A DNA stretch of 62,786 bases, the filler included, from Octopus bimaculoides (taxonomy: Eukaryota), in assembly GCF_001194135.2 (NCBI RefSeq). It is 6 parts of 6 records of this genome, joined end to end, with 100 filler letters (N's around TTAATTAATTAA, not from the genome) between each part and the next. Parts side by side here need not be neighbours in the genome. Positions count along the whole stretch, not along the records: positions 21,243 to 31,903 come from NC_068991.1; positions 32,004 to 46,442 come from NC_068992.1; 4 more parts are not named here. One strand, given 5' to 3'. Shown here piece by piece: positions 25,497-36,500 of the stretch; positions within the stretch are counted from its first letter, which is position 1, and each line of letters opens with the position of its first letter. The notes beneath the pieces are model-generated. The model did no database searches and was not told the origin of the DNA. It saw only the letters and a list, made by a program, of their open reading frames with translations. The position numbers and the translations under genes were made by a program.

Positions 25497-26277
25497 CTGT
25501 GAAGGAAATAAAATTTCAATGAATTAAAAGCTAAAATTTGGATGAAATTGCAGCCATTTTAAAAAGGAACTTGTTATTTTCACAGAATTTTTATTTAGTT
25601 ATGTATTTTTTTAAATTTTATTTTAATCTACAAGCTCTACTTCCAATGAAAGGCAGGCTCAAAAGAAAAATCAACAAATATTATTGCCAGAAATATGGCA
25701 GAAAGTAATCCAAAGGCCTAATCTTCAGCAAGCAACTGCATTGCTTTCATTATGAATAATACTAAAGAGGGGTGAATTGAATCATTAGAGCATCAGACAA
25801 AATGCCTTGTGGTATTTATTCTGGCTCTTACATTCTGAGCTCAAATCTCACCCAAGTGAACTGTGCTTTACAACCTTCAAGAGTCAATGAATTAGGCTCC
25901 AGATCAACTAGAGTGTAATCAGGTACATTAGTGTATGCACAGATAGATTGGAGTTCAAAAGGGTAGAATGATGAACCAACAGCTCTGTGTAACAAAAAAA
26001 AACAAAAAAAAAAAAACATGGATAAACCCACAAGGGAACCTCTATGTCGTAAGTAGATTTTCTAAAAATAGCAATCAGAAACTTCTCAAATCACATCATA
26101 ATATCTCAAAAAATTACATTGAATAATATTACTCAAGATATATAATGTTTGAAAATAAGACAAGGCAGCCATGGTTAGCAAACCTCTAACCAAAGTTCTA
26201 CTTGGTCAGGGCTGATCTGAAGTTAAATAACAAGAAAGACTGAGTAGGAAATGATAATGTAATAAACATGTACTAAC

Positions 26278-26398
26278 CTCATGAAATAGGTTTGGATTTC
26301 CCGGAGCAAATATGGAAGGAGTTCTTGCCTCTATATTACATACTATCTCAGGCAACACAGAATTCACAATAAAGTCATAACCCCGAACAACATCTCCA
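26278..26398 (-). CDS. COG2: COG2 exon d (121 bp, phase 2 to 0)
   Basis: (S)GDVVRGYDFIVNSVLPEIVCNIEARTPSIFAPGNPNLFHE (human GYDFLVNSVWPQIVQGLEEKLPSLFNPGNPDAFHE). Splice sites attattgcAG and GAG|GTTAGT. Confidence 0.94.
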
Positions 26399-26849
26399 CT
26401 GCAATAATACAACAGAACATGAAGCTTCTAATGAATTATAATTAGTTGAAGACAGAGATATTAACCTTTCTGTTGAAATATAATGACACACACACATACA
26501 AAAAAAAAAGGGGGAACTATTGTTTTTAAATCAAGAAATCTTTTATTAATTATACTTCTTAATTTTATTTTAGAAATTTACATGACAGGAGCAAGAGCAA
26601 TAAGTTAACTATTCCATGACAGGGCAAATGATATAAGAAGATTGCTTCACATCTATGTCGTCCCAATTTGCACCAATGCACTGTTCTGTAATTCAGAACA
26701 CCTCACACCTTTGATGCTGTCATTACAAAACACTGGAAAACTTCTACCTTTCAGTTTATCTCCTTACAAAGTAAACCAGAACACCTGATTTTTCTTCGAG
26801 CTAATCTAATATTTGTCCTTATTCCCTATATCCTTCCATTCTATCCAGG

Positions 26850-27380
26850 CATGTCTCTTAGCTTTCCAGTTTTTTTCTATTGTACATATAACATTCCACC
26901 TAGCTTGAACCTTGCTCCATCCACAGATTCATAAACAGCCATGAGATCTCTCAGCTTCAGTATCTTCCTCCTACCAATTACGTTGTGTCCCCGAGTCCTT
27001 GTTTTCACTCTTCATCAAGAAAAAACTTTAGTAATTACAACCAGCTGTCTATCCTATTTCCTGATCAAAATCCTTCTTCATTACTTGTACCATATCCATA
27101 GCCTCCATGTACATGTGTCTGTTAAAGTCACCAACAATGATAATACAGTCACCATCAACTATTAGTAAGGTTATATACAAAGGAACGCCATAGAACAGTT
27201 ATTTTGCTCATTTTCCAGTCCTGACTATAAATCAGTGTTGCTGTTGTGTTCTCCATGAACTAGTCTAAGCTTGAATATTCTGTCACCTAATCTGACTACT
27301 TCAACTATTTAGTAATTATCAATGCATTTCTCTGCCAACAACATGTCTACTCACCCACTCCAGTGCTATCATCCATCTAG
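26850..27380 (-). mobile_element. RTE-clade LINE, AP-endonuclease fragment (degenerate)
   Basis: Interrupted minus-strand frames give VEVVRLGDRIFKLRLV, IIIVGDFNRH and HGGYGYGTSNEEG, all typical APE motifs of RTE ORF2. Confidence 0.75.
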
Positions 27381-27836
27381 GGGAATTAATTCTTAACTAT
27401 CTAACACCTGAAGAGGTTCAAATAAACTGCAGGATATCACACCTGTGTAATGATACAGAATAAAAGGTGGANNNNNNNNNNNNNNNNNNNNNNNNNNNNN
27501 NNNNNNNNNNNNNNNNNNNNNNNNNNNNNNNNNNNNNNNNNNNNNNNNNNNNNNNNNNNNNNNNNNNNNNNNNNNNNNNNNNNNNNNNNNNNNNNNNNNN
27601 NNNNNNNNNNNNNNNNNNNNNNNNNNNNNNNNNNGGGGGGGGGGGGGAAATAAGAAGGTAGTAACAAATCGTTTCTGTTCAAGATGAAAAGCTTCACTGA
27701 AATCTCAAGAACCGAAAGCATATCAGAATGTTAATGAGTAACATAGAATATTTTTGCATCAATGTCATACCTGAGGGAAGTGGGAGCAGGATACCAAAGC
27801 CATAATAAAACTTAAGTATCTGTTGGATTATATATT

Positions 27837-28067
27837 TATTTCTTTACTGCCCACAAGGGGCCACACACAGAGGGGACAAACAAGGACAGACAAACGGATT
27901 AAGTCGATTATATCGACCCCAGTGCGTAACTGGTACTTAATTTATCGACCCCGAAAGGATGAAAGGCAAAGTTGACCTCGGCGGAATTTGAACTCAGAAC
28001 GTAACAGCAGAAGAAATACCGCTAAGCATTTCGCCCGACGTGCTAACGTTTCTGCCAGCTCGCCGCC
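27837..28067 (-). mobile_element. Full-length tRNA-derived SINE (family A) with 14-bp TSD
   Basis: Head ggcggcgagctggcagaaacgttagc (A-box-like), B box gttcaaattcc, core gcctttcatcctttcggggtcgataaattaagtaccag. TSD ttggattatatatt at 27823-27836 and 28068-28081. Confidence 0.92.
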
Positions 28068-28474
28068 TTGGATTATATATTGTCTTAATATTCATCTGGT
28101 AATTTGATATATAATTAATTATAATATGCAAATCTTCACAAAGACCTTAAATCAACATGGCTGATTGACTAAACAAGGCAATACCTTAACACTCACTAAA
28201 TCCTGTGAATTTAATACATTACAAAGCATATTTTCACACAGGCGAACAAGAGGGCCCATATGTTGTCTCTCTACATGCTAGAAATAACAACCAGATCTCC
28301 ATCAAATTACACCCAGGGACATATTAGATGATGTAGCCCAAAATACTTAAAGTCAGAGATTACAGGATAGTCAAGGCTGGAATGTGATTGATCATAGGTT
28401 TGGTCAATCTGGGTTAACTTGGAGCTAAATGACATTAACATGATGGATTTAAATACAAATTGTCTTACACTTAC

Positions 28475-28596
28475 CTTGTACTAGAAGAAGTGATGTCTTT
28501 TAAAATATGACAATGTTTTGGAACAAATTCTAGAATTTTAATATACATTCCCTTAAGTCCCTGGTGGCTAGTTCGGAGAAAGTCTTCAGTGATAAC
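28475..28596 (-). CDS. COG2: COG2 exon c (122 bp, phase 0 to 2)
   Basis: VITEDFLRTSHQGLKGMYIKILEFVPKHCHILKDITSSST(S), resembling human GLQVMYNKLLEFVPHHCRLLREVT. AG/GT boundaries; phase agrees with both neighbours. Confidence 0.92.
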
Positions 28597-28917
28597 CTAA
28601 CAAATGAAACAGATGAGATTTAAGACATTTGTACATGATTGAATGTGTGTCTGTGTGTGTTATAATGGTCAATCGGTAGAGTCATTACATTATCATATCC
28701 AAAATTGAAACTAAGAGTAAGCACTCAATACATATAACAGAGTAAAATAAATATTCATTGTAGTATAGTAGTTGCAATTAACAAATGAATCTATGGCTTA
28801 AAGTATAATTTCTTTTACTGCAGACACAAAAGTTTCATCATACATAGAGCAAGTAAGTTAACTACAATTATCACACACACACACACACACACACATGCAA
28901 ACATACTTAAGACTTAC

Positions 28918-29097
28918 TTCCTCCATAAATGGTCTGGCAACATGCTTCCGGAATAATGCCTCAGCATCTTTTATTTTGTCAATCAAGGCATATGTTCGTA
29001 GACATTGTCGAAGAATATCAACATTGTTGTTGTCCAAACCTTCCAAGAAAGAACCTTCCAAACTATACTGTAGCGTACTGGTAATACTAGCGATTCT
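28918..29097 (-). CDS. COG2: COG2 exon b (180 bp, phase 0 to 0)
   Basis: RIASITSTLQYSLEGSFLEGLDNNNVDILRQCLRTYALIDKIKDAEALFRKHVARPFMEE (human RIAGITAMLQQSLEG..IIRHCLRTYATIDKTRDAEAL). Splice sites tatttttcAG and GAA|GTAAGT. Confidence 0.95.
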
Positions 29098-29136
29098 CTG
29101 AAAAATAAAAGAATGTTTCAAAGACAAAAATAAACA

Positions 29137-29190
<54 letters not shown>

Positions 29191-29203
29191 CATTATTATT
29201 ATT

Positions 29204-29612
29204 GAGTGAGAGAGCAGTGCATGCCATCAAAGTGACACTGGGGTAAAATATACGAAGCCCATTTCAGGTCGAGTAGCCCATCCCACTCAAAAGGTCCCTG
29301 AATAAGGTTTGTTTAAGGATGTTGAGCAAAACACCAATGTTTCCAAAGGTGAATTATTCAAACCCCAAAGAATTCCTCTCTACACATGGTTATGATGCTC
29401 CCCTACTACTTCTGCTCGTGATCAGAGATGCACATATCGTCAGCCACTAAGGGACATGCTCAACTGGTTAAGGTCAAACAACTGACAAGCAAATCTGTGG
29501 TATTGAGCAGAATATTTGCTGTAGCCAATCTTTTATACCAAGACAAAACAATGTACATGATAACACTTCCAATCAATTAAGATCAGAAGCCATGAGAGCC
29601 ACTGCCTGGTAC
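29204..29612 (-). mobile_element. Non-coding interspersed repeat (family D) with (AAT)n tail; also 54845-55165 and 60720-60929
   Basis: Three copies share gagtgagagagcagtgcatgccatcaa and/or tcaggtcgag(t)agcccatc..ctcaaaagg. The 29204 copy has ATT repeats on both sides. Strand is inferred from the tail. Confidence 0.75.
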
Positions 29613-30264
29613 TTATCATTATCATTATTATTATTAACCCTTTCATTACCATATTTCTTTTGAAATACATTTCTTCTAATTCAATTAATTTTGAAAATAA
29701 TGAAGAATTTAGTGAAATAACTATGTCATTATTAAGCTGGTGTCTGGAACATAAATTAACATGAAATTTTAATTTAGATCACTTTAAACTGGAAGTTTGT
29801 ATCAAGGAGCTAGAGGTTGGTTTCAAGTGGGCTGGTATCAAAAAGGGCCAAATAATTCTTTCTAGATAGTGAAGTAGCAGAAACAGCAGAATGTTGGACC
29901 AAAAACAATATAATATTTATTCCAACCCATAATATTCCAACTTCAAATCTTGCTTGAACTAACTTTGCTTTTCATGTGTCTGGGGCTGATAAATTAATTA
30001 CTGTCTGTGTATTGTGGCCAATTATTGTTTTCTTTTTCTGAACAACTTAAAAACCAATGCTTATTTATATGACTCAACCTTTCAGATGTTGTGTCTGCAG
30101 ACATACATCATTCAACAACTGTCAATCGCTAAACAACTAGGCAGGTACCAGATGTGTATGACATATAAGCCCACATTAATTATATTGAATTTGGAAGGAT
30201 AAAAAGCAATGTTGACCATGGCACAATTTACACTCAGCATGTAAATGATTATATCTAAATGGAA

Positions 30265-30621
30265 TGGGTAGACCCGGGAAGATGTGGCACAAAGTGGTGA
30301 GAAAGGATCTTCAGAAACTAAGCCTCATTGAGGAAATGACAAGGGATTAGGAGATGTGGTGATAAGACATGTCAAGCTGAGTAAAATTGCTGTCTTCCAG
30401 ACATACAGGCTTTCTTTTCAGGTGCCAGTGCCACTTAAAAGGCACTTGTACCAGTGGCACATGAAAAGCACCCAGTGCACTCTGTTACATGGTTAGCATT
30501 AGGAAGGGCATCCAGCCATAGAAACCATGCCTCAACAGACAGCTGGAGTCTATACAGCTCCCTGCTAGCCAGCTCCATGTCAAATCATCCAACCCATGCC
30601 AGTATGGAAAGTGGACGTTAA

Positions 30622-30655
<34 letters not shown>
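30265..30655 (+). mobile_element. RTE LINE 3' end: ORF2 tail + 3' UTR + (GAT)n tail
   Basis: GRPGKMWHKVVRKDLQKLSLIEEMTRD*EMW runs into the repeat ggcac..aaaagcaccc..ggaagggcatccagc..ccaacccatgc..gacgttaaa(tga)n. Confidence 0.8.
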
Positions 30656-30928
30656 CTGATTTCAAATTTTGACACAAGGTCAGCAAGTTTGGGGGAAGGA
30701 GGCTAATCAACTACATCAACCCCAGTACTCAACTGGTACTTATTTTTCAAGCCCAAAAGGATGAAAGGTAAAGTCATAACATATTTTATCCACTTTCCTC
30801 ACAACCTACAGCTTTGGTCAATTCAACTGACTAAATGACATATTTCCGGCCTTGTGTTTATGAGAAATCAATATTATCATTGATGACTATAGGAAGAATT
30901 ATTGTTATAGACTATAGATTTATGTTAT

Positions 30929-31122
30929 ATCATCATCATCGTTTAACGTCCGCTTTCCATGCTAGCATGGGTTGGACGATTTGACTGAGGACTGGTGAAA
31001 CCCGATGGCTACACCAGGCTGCAATCTGATTTGGCAGAGTTTCTACAGCTGGATGCCCTTCCTAACGCCAACCACTCCGAGAGCGTAGTGGGTGCTTTTA
31101 CGTGTCACCGGCACAAAGGCCA
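30929..31122 (-). mobile_element. RTE 3'-UTR-derived repeat
   Basis: catcatcatcgtttaacgtccgctttccatgctagcatggg...gtgggtgcttttacgtgtcaccggcac. Confidence 0.85.
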
Positions 31123-31329
31123 GTAGGGTAGATTATAAATATCTGAATAACAAGAAAACACTTCAAAGTTTCACCCTGGTTTCAATATTGGTTTCAAATT
31201 TCAGCACATGGCCAGTAAGTTGGGGGAAGGCTTAAGTCGATTACGTGAGTCCAAAAAACAAGGGAGTAATTAAGTATAAGAATTGAATTATTAGTTGACA
31301 TTTACATTACCAATTTTATTTTTACTTAC

Positions 31330-31432
31330 AGGTTTTACTTCTTCAACCAAAGGAAGACCTCGACTTTTTGTGACATAAAACTGAAGTTTGTTAAACTCTG
31401 TAGCCACTCGTTCAATCAACTGACCATTCAGT
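31330..31432 (-). CDS. COG2: COG2 exon a (103 bp, phase 2 to 0)
   Basis: LNGQLIERVATEFNKLQFYVTKSRGLPLVEEVKP, matching recalled human COG2 LTGQILERIATEFNQLQFHAVQSKGMPLLDKVRP. Splice sites ttaaattctAG and CCT|GTAAGT. Confidence 0.93.
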
Positions 31433-31862
31433 CTAGAATTTAAAAGAAAAAAAACAAACAAAAGTTACCTTGGGCAAGTGTTATCTAATATAGCCCTGGG
31501 TCAATCAATGCCTTTGGTAGATAGAAATTGCATGGAAGCCCATTGTGTGCACATGTGTGTGTACATATGTGTATGTGTGTATATAAACTGGCAGTCGGTT
31601 GTGATCATAAGGGTTCCAATTGATCCAATTAACAGAACAGCCTGTTCGTGAAATTAACGTGCAAGTGGCTGAGGACTCCATAGACACGCATACTCTTGAC
31701 ATAGTTCCCAGAGAGATTCAGCGCGACACAGAATGTGACAAGGCTTGGTGTTTGAAATACAGGTACTAGACATTTTTGCCAGCTGAGTGAACTGGAGCAA
31801 CATGGTCACTGGGAATTGAACTCATGAGCCAAATATCCTAACCACTAAGCCATGTGCCTTCA

Positions 31863-31903
<41 letters not shown>

Positions 31904-32034
31904 NNNNNNNNNNNNNNNNNNNNNNNNNNNNNNNNNNNNNNNNNNNNTTAATTAATTAANNNNNNNNNNNNNNNNNNNNNNNNNNNNNNNNNNNNNNNNN
32001 NNNTATATATATATACACACACACATATATACAT

Positions 32035-32069
<35 letters not shown>

Positions 32070-32999
32070 AATATGTGTGTATAGATATACCTACATATAT
32101 ATATTAACATATATATGTGAAAGAACGGGGGTGTGAGTAGGTGTAGATGGATGTATATACGTGAATATGTGTATCTACGCATGTGTATGTTTGTTTGTCT
32201 GCGTAAACGTATTGCTTACGTTTTTGTGTAAGTATGGCTAAGTATATATGACTGCATCTGTGCACGGTTTCTTATATTGAACATTTCCATGTGTGGTTGT
32301 TAAACTGTCGGGCAATAATTTCATGAGTGTTCAACTATATATCGCACATATTTATCCTTCACCCTCTGAGAGGTTTTCTATAGAAATACGACGGCAAGTC
32401 AGAGAAATTTAGAAAATTGAATGGCAGCAATTGAGAAAGAGGCAGATAGAAAGCGGGGGAAAGAGATGAGGGACAGAAAGATAGCGGTAAGATAGGTGAA
32501 AGAGAGAGTAAGAGACAGCTAACAATACAAATGGGGTGACGACAAAAAGTAACTGTTTGACTGACGATAGCATCAGATTGAAAATATGTACTGAATACAA
32601 AAGCATATTTTAAATGCCTCAGTAAAAGTGATTAGATTCAGTGGGTATATGAATTTCAGCTGCCTCATTGCTCATCGCTGTTTATAAGAGAAGAACAGTG
32701 ATTTTGCAGCTTTAAATAATGATGGATTTATGCTAATATAGGTCGATTCATGATTTTTCTCACAAACATGGGGAGAGAGATTATGCTACACACATACACA
32801 CTATAATTATAGACCTGAGATGGCATCTGTAACATGGGTACGCGCTTTCATCTTTCAATCTCTACAATCATTACGATAGGGTATACACATGATGGCTCTT
32901 CATGCTAGAGAGAACAGCAAAAATATTCACTCATGTTATGCACACGTGCTCGCGTATATACATGCACACATACGTGTGTATGTGTGTGTGTGGTGTTTG

Positions 33000-33037
<38 letters not shown>

Positions 33038-33151
33038 GTATATATGTATATATATGTGTGTGTGCGCGTGTGTGTACATATGTATATATATATGTATTTA
33101 TATGTATATGTATGTATACTATATACGTAATATATTCTTTTATTCTTCTTC

Positions 33152-33530
33152 TTTACTTGTTTCAGCCATTTGACTGCGGCCATGCTGGAACATCGGCTTT
33201 AGTCAAACAAATCGACCCCAGAACATACTTTTTGTATTCCTAGTACTTATTCTATCGGTATCTTTGGCCGAACCGTTAGGTTACGGGGACGTAAACACAT
33301 CAGCATCAGTTATCAAGTGCGGGTGGGGTCAAACACAGCCACACAAATACGTACACATATATATATAGCACGGGCTTCTTTCAGTTTCCATCTACCAAAT
33401 CCACTTACACGGCTTTGGTTGGCCCGAGGTTATAGTAGAAAACAGCTGCCCAAGGTGCTACGCAGTGGGACTGAACCTGGAACCATGTGGCTGAGAAGCA
33501 AGCTTCTTACAACACGGCCACTCCTGCACC
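33152..33530 (-). mobile_element. Full composite SINE (family B: tRNA-like head + TA/CA microsatellite linker + tail)
   Basis: Head rc = ggccgtgttgtaagaagcttgcttctcagccacatggttccaggttcagtcccactgcgt..ggatttggtagatggaaactgaaagaagccc. Tail rc = ..gtttacgtccccgtaacctaacggttcggc..atagaataagtactag..ccagcatggccgcagtcaaatggctgaaacaagtaaag. Confidence 0.85.
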
Positions 33531-36500
33531 AACACAGACAATCCTTTCTATGATGCAGCCCTACTTCGTATTTGTTAACTTGTACAATATTCGGCCATTT
33601 GACATAAGTCTCAAGTCAATGTTTTCAAACAATTGCAAAATTAATGACCCTGTTGTTTATGAGTTGTCTTTCGAAAATCTGTTGTTTTAGCTGATTTCGC
33701 ATCGCCTCTCCCGGGCCTCCCGCCCGCCGTTAATTTTCATCGCATCTTTCGTAACACAGCGGTCCGTTGACGCAAAGTTATAAAATAATATTGTGGGTTG
33801 AATAAGAAAATGCGTCTGGGATCGAGAACCAACGGATTATCTGGCGCCTTGCAGAGCTATAATAGATGATGTGATAGTGCTGCTGCTGGAGATGTGGGCT
33901 TAGAAACTTGTAACCGTTGTTGACCACTCTCTTTCCTTTAGTCTTTTTTCACTATTACCTGCAGTGCGAATAAGCCTTCGGTTTGCGGCACAGTTTTTGG
34001 ACTGACGGTTATGTGATTCTCAGTACATCCAGGAAATTAGCCAGTATTGCGTTAATAGTAGCAGCATATTATGGAACATATCGCTGTCTACCTGTATTGC
34101 TGTGTCTCAGCTTTTGCAGTCGTTGCTGCCAGACATTATTCATGTGGAATTCTACAACACGTGTAACAATTCTGTTTCAGAATTCACATAAGTTGTTTTA
34201 TGTTTATCGTATCTACATTCTTAACTATGCACAGCGCAATTAGAACATGTGATTTTGGGGGATCATTTCAACGGTTAAGTCCATTTTGATCAAATCTGAT
34301 CGAATATCGCCCCTCGTCGCATTTCTAATGACCACATATTGGCAGTACACTACACAATTGATATCAAGGCTGGAGTCAATATCATTGTCGATACTCCTGA
34401 CTGGCATCTAAATACGGGTATATATGTATATGTGCAAACGCACGCACGCACACACACGCACACACACACACACACGTACATACAATGTACAATATGTGTA
34501 CACCATTTCAAACAATATATATATATATATATGTATATGTATGTATATATATATTTATATATATATGTATATGTATGTATATATGGACGTATGTATGTAT
34601 GCATATTTATTGTATATATAAGTATATATATATATATATATACATCAGACTACGTGCGTAAGCATGCATATACATATAGCTATATACACATATACATTCG
34701 TGTGTGAGCGTGCGTGTGTAAATTAGCATGTAAGAATATTATATCATTATGAACCCCATATTCAGCAAATGATCAAGCACGCATAAACATGCAGTTTATT
34801 AAACCAAAGATAAAATATTGTTTTGAATAAGCCGCACCATACAACGCGGTGTAATCAACTGTGAAAAACCTTAGTTGTTCTATTCTTGTTATGTATGTAT
34901 ATACATATGTATGCATGTATGTATACACATGCATGTATACCCTCTCAGAAATATGTATATATATATATGTGTGTGTGTATGCATACATGTATGTTTGCAT
35001 ATATGAGTATAAAGACATATATGCATATATATATATATTTGCTGATGTTATACGTGCGCGCTCAGTACATATGCACACAGGAACATATGTTCGTTTGTGT
35101 GTGTAGGTGGGGGGGGTATAAGTTTTCTAGTCTTATATTTCAATCCTTTTGATTGTTAATACTTTATTAATTTCAAATACACTGATTATAGCATTGAATA
35201 ACTAATGATGCATTGAAAACTAGGGGTATTGAAGTCGCGAACAATGTCTTGGACAATCAAAGCCGGTTTCTGTCAGACATCTTTCTTCCACATCATTAAT
35301 CGGCGCTTGTAATTGATCGAAATCTTATTATCCTAAGAAACACAAGGGTCAGATGCATAATTGCAAGAAAGGAAAATTATATTCAGATGCAATTGAAGAA
35401 TGCTGTTCATTATTTTCGAAAATTTACAAGAAATATTCTATGGCTTCTGTTAAACTCACTCTAATTTGATTTACATTTGAAGCTAAATCCACTCAGACTG
35501 AAGTAATCTACTTACTGTAGGGTTTGTAGTTTCGCTTGTAAATGCGTGCTTTCTCTTTGCTTTTACTGAAGTCGACATTCCGTCTCCTGTTTAAGTTTTC
35601 ACCATTAGCAATGTTTTTGTAAGTTTTGCAATATGTCGCACTCACTCCTATGAATGCATATGCATAATTTGATTGCATGTACAGTCTAGTGTGAAACTTG
35701 TTCTGAAGCATGTAACTTATGGTTTTCCATCATGGTAAATCTGTCTTTTAGTTATGACGTCTCATACTTTTAGCTGTTGTTGTTGTTTGTGTTGGAATTG
35801 CGGTTGCTGGAACATTTTATTCTTTCCCACAGAATTGTGTCCTGCAGATATTTGAATTCTTTACTGTTTCACATCTAAATACACGTCAATTCAACATTTG
35901 GTAATTCTAACTTTCGGCACAAGGTCAGCCATTTTAAAGACAAACGGAAATCGAGTACATCTACCCCAATGCTCAACCGATATTTATTCTATCGATCTCC
36001 AAAGGAAGGAAGGAAAGGTCGACATCGGCAGGATTCGAACTTAAAACATAATCCGGAAGAAACGCTGCTAAGCATTTAGTTCGATTCGCTAGCAAATTCT
36101 CGAAGCATGTCTACACCAAATTATACTCCAGCATAGTTCATGTAGCAGTGTATAGCCACCTATTTTGATGGGATTTAAAGATTGGGTGCTATTTCTACCA
36201 TGTCAAACGATACATGGAAATCTCGATTTTGGTATAAAATTCTTCTTCTTCATTCTGTTTAGTATATGACTGCCATTATCGTAACCAAAATTGATAAGCA
36301 TGAATTTATTTATTGAACAACAACGGAGGCTAAATATTTCTCATTTCAACTCATATATGTGCATAACTGCGACGACATTCTGTTATACCACGTAGGTATG
36401 CACTTATAACGCTTGGTTTCATATAGAAGGCTGTTGATAGTAGCAATTTCTTTAAATCAGATATAAATGTAAAACAGAATAACATCAATTATTATCTTGA

